From positions 1,920,001-1,984,000 of the forward strand of contig CAXXDV010000003.1 in assembly GCA_963674745.2 (NCBI GenBank): DNA of 64,000 nucleotides. The letters are read 5' to 3'. This DNA is from Desulfosudaceae bacterium (lineage in GTDB: Bacteria; Desulfobacterota; Desulfobacteria; Desulfobacterales; Desulfosudaceae). This document shows positions 57,883 to 64,000 of the stretch, one piece after another (position 1 is the stretch's first letter; the number at the start of each line of letters is the position of its first letter). Made by a program: the position numbers and the translations under genes. Below the pieces are notes generated by a model. It worked only from the letters and a program-made list of their open reading frames with translations, searched no databases and was not told where the DNA came from.

Positions 57883-58842
57883 TTATTCTTCCGGAATTAA
57901 ATCGCTTTTGGAAATACGTTTCAAAAACATGATATGACGATCAAGGTCTTTTTTGTCTTTAAACGTCAATTGAAGCGTATAAGCCGTTCCTTCAAAGTCG
58001 ATTGGCGGCATCAGCTTCGCCCCCCGACCGGGCTTTAACCCCTTTATTTTTTTTGAGAAATCCGCCTCGGCCGAGGAAAGACGAGGAAAACGTCGCGATC
58101 GAAGATAGGTGAAAAAATGTTCGCTCCTGCGGGCGCGATCAGCGTCCGGGTCAATTATTATTGTCTGATCGCTTATTTGATCAAGCAGTTGATGAAAGGA
58201 GATATCTTCTGCGGCGGTTATTTCCTCTACAAGCGTTATGGCGGCCCGCTGCTTGTTCCCACCCAGTTTCAAGTCGACAAAAAGACGGGCCATTATACCA
58301 GCCGTCTGCGTATCCAGGGAGTTGAGAAACAAGGCCGTGGAAATGGCAATCCGACCGGCTGAAACATCGTCAAAAACAGCTTCCGGCAGGGAATAAACAG
58401 CCTGAAGATTGGTTAACGCCGTAACGGTTGAAGGCAACCCCAGCCTGTTGGCATTCCGGCAAAGCTCATCCTGATTTCCAATCATCAGAGAAAGTTTGTG
58501 AATGGCCCTGGCCTGTTCACCCGGATTCAGCGGTCGCTGCCATGAATTATCGATAATCGCGATTTTAAGGCAGTCAAGATCGGTTGCCGCCTGACCCAGA
58601 AGGCGGCAGGCCGCTTCCGTTTTTTTCAATCGCTGCATGACCGCAAGGCGCCTGAAACCGGCCACCACGCGGTATGTATCACGGCCTGATTTCTGAAGAA
58701 TGGGCGATGTCAGCAGTCCGACTTCTTCAATTGACTGCTCAAGCCAGGCATCATCTTTATCGTTCTCGGTGGTAATACGATATGATCGGTCATCAAATTG
58801 GACATCGGAAAACGGCACAACGGCTTCTGAATATGAGAGCAT
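57883..58842 (-). CDS. ParB/Srx N-terminal domain protein
   Basis: L..SI..VGL..SPIL...YRVVAGFRRL; RPLN..E.A. Confidence 0.8.
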   Translation of the reverse strand: MLSYSEAVVPFSDVQFDDRSYRITTENDKDDAWLEQSIEEVGLLTSPILQKSGRDTYRVVAGFRRLAVMQRLKKTEAACRLLGQAATDLDCLKIAIIDNSWQRPLNPGEQARAIHKLSLMIGNQDELCRNANRLGLPSTVTALTNLQAVYSLPEAVFDDVSAGRIAISTALFLNSLDTQTAGIMARLFVDLKLGGNKQRAAITLVEEITAAEDISFHQLLDQISDQTIIIDPDADRARRSEHFFTYLRSRRFPRLSSAEADFSKKIKGLKPGRGAKLMPPIDFEGTAYTLQLTFKDKKDLDRHIMFLKRISKSDLIPEE

Positions 58843-58849
58843 GGCCGTC

Positions 58850-59731
58850 TCAGCTGGTCAATAACCGCAGCGCCTCTTGGTATTTACGCTGTGTCACTTC
58901 GATGACATCCTGGGGAAGAGAGGGCGCCGGTGGTGTTTTATCCCAGTCTAATGAAAGCAGGTAATCCCTGACATACTGTTTGTCAAAACTTGACTGCGCG
59001 CCACCCGGCCGATAATTATCCATCGGCCAGAACCGGGATGAATCGGGCGTAAGAATCTCATCAATTAAAATCAGCCTATCGTCAACATAACCGAATTCAA
59101 ACTTGGTGTCGGCGATAATGATGCCCCGCTGTTCAGCAATCTGTACGCCTTTCTGATAAACAGCCAGGGTTAAATTTCTGACAGACTCGGCCGCCTCGCT
59201 GCCAACCACCTTAACGGCCTCTTCAAATGAGATATTGATATCATGTTCACCCACTTCAGCCTTGGTGGATGGTGTGAAAATAGGTTCCGGCAAACGGTCG
59301 GACTCGCTCAAACCTTCGGGCAGTGCGATACCGCAGATCGTACCGTTTTTTTGATAATCCTTCCAACCGGAACCGGAGATATACCCTCTGACCACACATT
59401 CAATGGCCAGGGGACGGGCTTTTTTAACCAGCATGCTCCTTCCGTCAAGGACTTCAGCGTACGGCCGGCAAATATCAGGATAATCCTCAACATGGCTGGT
59501 AATAAGGTGATTATCAACCAGATCACGCATCTGGTCAAACCAGAATAGTGATATCTGTGTTAAGGTTTTACCTTTATCCGGAACAGGGTCCGGTAGAATA
59601 ACATCAAAAGCCGACAATCTGTCGGTTGCAACAATCAGCAATTTATCATCCAGATCGTACACATCACGCACTTTGCCCCGCTTTAAAAGCGGCAGGCCCG
59701 GAAAATCTGTCTGGTATACCGGTGAACTCAT
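58850..59731 (-). CDS. purC: SAICAR synthase
   Basis: [44 protein letters not shown]. Confidence 0.97.
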   Translation of the reverse strand: MSSPVYQTDFPGLPLLKRGKVRDVYDLDDKLLIVATDRLSAFDVILPDPVPDKGKTLTQISLFWFDQMRDLVDNHLITSHVEDYPDICRPYAEVLDGRSMLVKKARPLAIECVVRGYISGSGWKDYQKNGTICGIALPEGLSESDRLPEPIFTPSTKAEVGEHDINISFEEAVKVVGSEAAESVRNLTLAVYQKGVQIAEQRGIIIADTKFEFGYVDDRLILIDEILTPDSSRFWPMDNYRPGGAQSSFDKQYVRDYLLSLDWDKTPPAPSLPQDVIEVTQRKYQEALRLLTS

Positions 59732-59748
59732 TCGATTAAAACCGTCCT

Positions 59749-60105
59749 TTATTCAGTTTTTGCCTGATGCCTGGTAAAAGCATCAATATATTTTTTGATG
59801 ATCCGTTGCGTGTTTTCATCCGGAGCAACAAACTCGATTCCTGACTGCCACCGATCTTTTTCGCCCTGCTTGCTGTATACCACCTTACCTATGACATCCG
59901 TGAGGTCTTCCTGAAAACCGATGGACAGAACTACCGCATATTGGGTTTCAATAGGCACATGGGTTTCCAGCAGAATACCGCCTTCGCTGACATTCAACGT
60001 TCTGCCCATCCCCTGGGTGACCTTTTCCTGATTATCATCCACACAAAAATAAGAGAGCAAATTCAGTGAATCAACCCGCTCGTGCTTTCTTTGATGCTCT
60101 GACAT
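59749..60105 (-). CDS. PilZ domain protein
   Basis: QRKHER (RxxxR) and NVSEGG (D/NxSxxG). Confidence 0.9.
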   Translation of the reverse strand: MSEHQRKHERVDSLNLLSYFCVDDNQEKVTQGMGRTLNVSEGGILLETHVPIETQYAVVLSIGFQEDLTDVIGKVVYSKQGEKDRWQSGIEFVAPDENTQRIIKKYIDAFTRHQAKTE

Positions 60106-60120
60106 AATGAACGACCCGCC

Positions 60121-61281
60121 TTATTGTTTTTTTTCAATATTAAGTGCGATATCCGTTGTAGCTGCAATAAAATTGGAAAAATTTTCAACCATATTGGCCA
60201 TTGTTCCGGATAATCGGCTATGTTCCTGGGCCAGAGCGTTTGTGTCCAGGGCATCCATTTCAAGGTCCTCGGTGCCATAAACAGCTGCAGAGTCAGGCTC
60301 ATGGCCGATATTTAAAAACGGTATCCGGCCGACGAAATCATTTGGGCCGAGTTCACAAAACACCAGTTGTCCCTGGGGCAACTTTTTCACGATAAAGGCT
60401 TTTCCATGGCGAATGGAAAACAGCTTCTTTTTTTCACTTCCTTCCTTGATGATCAGCTTTTTATCTTTCAGTTTTTTCTGGGCTTCCTGCATATTCTTTT
60501 TACTGGATAAAGCCAGATCCGTTACCTGCTTCAACCGGTTATCAAGGCTTAACAAAACATTTTTAAATTCCGCCGAGAAAGTTGAAAACTCATGGCTCAG
60601 CCGCTGCCGGTCAAGAACCCCCAGGATAACACGGTCAGAGGCAACCGCACTGGCGCTGCGGACATAACCCTCTGCGGAAAAAGAAGACATGCTGCCGATA
60701 AAAGATCCCGCACCCACATTCAGCAGAGGTGCCATGCCCTCTGCCGTTTCTTTGCAGATCTTTATCTTTCCTTCAAGAATAACCCAGATCCAGACACCAT
60801 GTTTCCCCTCATTTACAATAGGCTGACCGTCCTGATACTCCTCTTCAGCCACCACATCCATATAATCAATCATCGGCCCCCGGATCAATGGTAAGGGGTC
60901 CTTGCCGGGTTCTTTCCCGTCGATATCAACACTGACAGCCCCTTTAACTTCGATATTACCGTCGTCAAGAAGCCTCAAACCTTCCAGAATAATTTCCATC
61001 CGGCTGCTCTTGATGATATGCTTGACGTCGACTGTCTGCCTGACGAATTCAAAGTCACCTTCTGTCCAGCCGAAAAGCGCGTAAAGTGCTTCGAGCCCGT
61101 TTTGAGCACCTGCCGTCGCGTTGATCGGGTTTCCCTCTCTGAAATAAATCAACCCCGGATTTTCGACATATTTGCTGATGATACGAAGCATGCCGGTGCT
61201 GCCGTTAGAGCCGATAAGCTGGATAAGCTCACCCAGGTTGAGATATTCTAAATCACCGGAAAAAACAACGCCACTTTGCAT
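60121..61281 (-). CDS. DUF4388 plus tandem cyclic-nucleotide-binding-like domains
   Basis: FSGDL..L.L.ELIQL....STG.L...W.EG.FEF (DUF4388); I..EG..G..W.IL.G and RSASA (cNMP fold). Confidence 0.83.
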   Translation of the reverse strand: MQSGVVFSGDLEYLNLGELIQLIGSNGSTGMLRIISKYVENPGLIYFREGNPINATAGAQNGLEALYALFGWTEGDFEFVRQTVDVKHIIKSSRMEIILEGLRLLDDGNIEVKGAVSVDIDGKEPGKDPLPLIRGPMIDYMDVVAEEEYQDGQPIVNEGKHGVWIWVILEGKIKICKETAEGMAPLLNVGAGSFIGSMSSFSAEGYVRSASAVASDRVILGVLDRQRLSHEFSTFSAEFKNVLLSLDNRLKQVTDLALSSKKNMQEAQKKLKDKKLIIKEGSEKKKLFSIRHGKAFIVKKLPQGQLVFCELGPNDFVGRIPFLNIGHEPDSAAVYGTEDLEMDALDTNALAQEHSRLSGTMANMVENFSNFIAATTDIALNIEKKQ

Positions 61282-61299
61282 GGTCTAATCTCTTTAGCC

Positions 61300-61914
61300 C
61301 TATTCCGCCCATTTCAATTGTTTCTGAAGGCTCTGCAAGGTGAGCCGCATACAGGCTTGCAATGTCGGGCCGACGCCATCACCATTCAGTGCGCTGCCTT
61401 CAAAGGCAGGCACTTTAAGCTGCCGGTTTAAATCTTTATCCATTTGCTCGATGGACATGATGGGAATACCGTCTTTGGCCAGATCGCGTTTATTGTATTG
61501 AAGGACCAGGGGAACTTTAAATATGCTTAAATTGTATTCCTTCAGATTCTTCTGAAGGTCCTTAAGAGAAAGCATATTTTTCTCTCTGCGGATATCCATG
61601 GAATCCGCGACAAAAACAATACCGTCCGCCCCTTTTAAAACAAGCTTTCGGGTAGAGCTGTACTGGACCTGACCGGGAACGGTAAAAAGTTGAACCCGGA
61701 CATCACACCCTTTAATTTTGCCCAGATCCATGGGAAGAAAATCAAAGAAAAGCGTTCGGTCTCCTTCGGTATCAATGGAGACCATCTCTCCCTTGACCTG
61801 TTTTTTATATGCCTTGAAGATATATTCGAGGTTGGTAGTTTTACCGCCTCGGCCGGGCCCGTAATAAACTATTTTGCACTCGATTTCACGCTTATTAATA
61901 TTAAAAACAGCCAT
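61300..61914 (-). CDS. mglA: MglA-family small GTPase
   Basis: KIVYYGPG..GKTTNL, DRTLFFDF, TVPGQ, QYNKRD. Confidence 0.93.
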   Translation of the reverse strand: MAVFNINKREIECKIVYYGPGRGGKTTNLEYIFKAYKKQVKGEMVSIDTEGDRTLFFDFLPMDLGKIKGCDVRVQLFTVPGQVQYSSTRKLVLKGADGIVFVADSMDIRREKNMLSLKDLQKNLKEYNLSIFKVPLVLQYNKRDLAKDGIPIMSIEQMDKDLNRQLKVPAFEGSALNGDGVGPTLQACMRLTLQSLQKQLKWAE

Positions 61915-62067
61915 AACGGTATCAATAGCCCCTGGGACGAATCCGGTTTCAGTAACGCTTTATCATAGTGCACTTATCTGTATTGTGTAAATATAACATA
62001 TTTACAACATCATGCAAAAAAATAAAACGCTTTTTTTATAAATTAATGAATGATAGTAATAAAGAGA

Positions 62068-62952
62068 TTACAAGCTGTCAATCTTTATATCCATGCTGTA
62101 ATCACCTTCTTTGGGACCAGAGGCAATTTTTGTCTTGGAGACAATTTCTCCGGAGCCTCTGAAAATGGCGATGGGGGAGTAGAAATGGACATCGTCCAGG
62201 CGGGCACCTTCTTCAAGATCTTTGATACGTTCTTCATCAGATTTATCGATAATTAAACTGACGACATTGCCGGATTGGAAACTGACGTCAAGCTCCAACT
62301 GGTCGCCATTAGCCAGGGTAATGGCAACCGCACTGATATCCAGAAAGTCGCTATCATCAACAGTGGCGCCACCGGTAATTGCTTCTGAACGGGCAGCGCC
62401 TTTTTCATCCCATTTTTTATCCAGGATATCTTCAAAAAACGTTTTGACTTTTTTTAAATCATCTTCTGAAAAAAGGTTGTCACTTTTCCATTCGGTGAGT
62501 TGGGAAAAGGCTTCATCGGAAGACTTATAGGCAATCAGACATCGGAGAATGTTCTTGGCTGCCGCGACTCGCTGGGAGTCAATTTCAAGCAAACGGCGAA
62601 ATTCTGCGATGGCATCGTTGTACTGACCGAATTTCGCAAGTGCGACAGCCCCCTCCAGTTCTGCGGCGTGTGCGTCATTATCAGCAGATTGAGCAAAAAG
62701 ATTTCTGATCAACTGGTTGACCTCTGCTGACATCTGGGGATTATCGGAAGCCCCCTCTACTTTGACAATGCTGCTTTGAACCTTATCAATTTTTTTGGAT
62801 ATGTTTTTAAGCAGTTTTTCACGGTTGGGAAGCTGTTTACTCTTTTGAATAATCTTTTTTACACGTTCATATGTCGCCCGGGATTCATTAAACAGCCCCT
62901 GGGAACGATAAAGTTCAGCCTGCTGTAAAAGAGATTTAATTTTGTCCCGCAT
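62068..62952 (-). CDS. TPR-like hypothetical protein
   Basis: Helical repeats AELYRSQGL..E and ALAKFGQY.DAI.EF; beta-rich C-terminus. Confidence 0.65.
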   Translation of the reverse strand: MRDKIKSLLQQAELYRSQGLFNESRATYERVKKIIQKSKQLPNREKLLKNISKKIDKVQSSIVKVEGASDNPQMSAEVNQLIRNLFAQSADNDAHAAELEGAVALAKFGQYNDAIAEFRRLLEIDSQRVAAAKNILRCLIAYKSSDEAFSQLTEWKSDNLFSEDDLKKVKTFFEDILDKKWDEKGAARSEAITGGATVDDSDFLDISAVAITLANGDQLELDVSFQSGNVVSLIIDKSDEERIKDLEEGARLDDVHFYSPIAIFRGSGEIVSKTKIASGPKEGDYSMDIKIDSL

Positions 62953-63092
62953 TGTTACAGCGTACCCTCTATGTCAACAATATTATTGATAAAAGTTCAA
63001 TCGACCGCATACTTTGACTATCATGAATGTTCTTTTATATCAACTAAATATATGTATTGTCAATATATTAGATACCAACATAGGGAAACACA

Positions 63093-64000
63093 TTAGTTGC
63101 CGGCGATCTTTCCAGCCAGGATTCCGGCTGCTTTGACAAAATCACTGCCCATGTTAGCCGCCATGGTCACAAAAGCCAACCGGTTTTTATCAATCCCCGT
63201 CTCGTCCAGCATTCTTGAAGCTTCTTCAATCCGCCATCTGGCGTAGTTACTGCCGTATTCAGACTTGCAGTTTCCGTTATGACAGGCGGCTACAAGAACC
63301 CCGCCGGCGCCTTCAACAAACGCCGAAAGGATATATTGAATATCGACTTTTCCGGCGCAAGGCACCTTAATAATGGAAAGTTTTTCCGGAAGCGGCATGC
63401 CGAATCGGGCGGCGGCTTCAGCTGCTTCGGCGGCTGAATTTTCACAGCAGAAAGCGACAATGGCGCCAGGGGTTTTCTCCAAAGCTTTTTTAACCTCACC
63501 CGAAATATCATCATCCGTGAACGACATCAGCTGAATCGCGTCATTCGGGCATTCGCTGGCACATATGCCGCAACCCTGACAGGCCACAGGAGAAATAACC
63601 GCTTTATCATCCCAGTATATGGCCCCATGGGGACAACACCGGTAACATGTCAGGCAGATGGCGCACTTTTCCCGATCAACAACGGCGATCCGGTCTGTAG
63701 GTACTTCTTCTTTAAACAGCACCCCCAGTTCAAGTAACACACTGGCCACATCTGTAACGCAACCGGTCAGGTTCTGTGCCTGCCGGGCGCCGCCGATGAC
63801 AAAAATACCTTTACGGTTGGATTTGGCTGGAAAACGATGGACATTATCTTTCTGCAGAAACCCTGACGGTGTAATATGCAGCCCCATGACCTCGGCCAGA
63901 GAGAGATTGGCCTCATCGGTCAGATTTTTTTCCTCAACCACCAGCAAATCATGGGTGGCTTCAACCGGCCTGCCCAGTACCATATCCTGAAAAACAACGC
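63093..64000 (-). CDS. Heterodisulfide reductase A-like protein with ferredoxin and MvhD/FlpD domains, C-terminal part (runs off the right edge)
   Basis: GIFVIG; CAICLTCYRCCP and CQGCGICASECP (two 4Fe-4S); AFCCENS..VPCAGKV..GVLV.ACH.GNC (MvhD). Confidence 0.87.
   Translation of the reverse strand, partial: VVFQDMVLGRPVEATHDLLVVEEKNLTDEANLSLAEVMGLHITPSGFLQKDNVHRFPAKSNRKGIFVIGGARQAQNLTGCVTDVASVLLELGVLFKEEVPTDRIAVVDREKCAICLTCYRCCPHGAIYWDDKAVISPVACQGCGICASECPNDAIQLMSFTDDDISGEVKKALEKTPGAIVAFCCENSAAEAAEAAARFGMPLPEKLSIIKVPCAGKVDIQYILSAFVEGAGGVLVAACHNGNCKSEYGSNYARWRIEEASRMLDETGIDKNRLAFVTMAANMGSDFVKAAGILAGKIAGN

Noticed and set aside
57883..58842. Plasmid or prophage partition system
   Set aside because: No ParA partner, replication gene or integrase nearby; the gene is coupled to purC in a chromosomal context.

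Overview
Chromosomal window from an anaerobic deltaproteobacterium, probably Desulfobacterales-like (inferred from the HdrA/MvhD-type fusion, MglA, DUF4388 and DUF4911 genes). Housekeeping and signalling genes sit at both ends: miaB, efp, a trpF-like gene and a hybrid kinase on the left; purC, mglA, an MCP and a crotonase on the right. The centre (9.8-54.7 kb) is one co-oriented minus-strand cell-surface super-locus with three parts. (i) A Wzx/Wzy-type polysaccharide cluster: flippase, many GT4s, a GT9, five methyltransferase-like genes, gmd, DegT/PIG-L/WbqC, WecA, a degenerate HD-GYP, an ExeA-like ATPase, an FG-GAP-Wza fusion, Wzc and a Wzy/ligase. (ii) Behind a predicted sigma-54 promoter, a secreted cohesin-like protein with a Gly/Ser-GCFI tail, followed by a 2969-aa secreted adhesin-like protein carrying a dockerin-like module and an apparently intact C25 (gingipain/PorU-family) protease. 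(iii) Tightly coupled to that, a RiPP-like cassette: PqqD/RRE, radical SAM/SPASM, a 63-aa YxxP-leader Cys/Ser-rich precursor ending in Ser, an HPr-kinase-like protein, an S24/S26 peptidase and a nucleotidyltransferase. Parts ii and iii are the best candidate for an undescribed system. A 273-bp MITE-like element lies at 4.3-4.5 kb. I saw no rRNA, tRNA, CRISPR array or transposase. All family calls come from motif recognition by eye, not from database searches.
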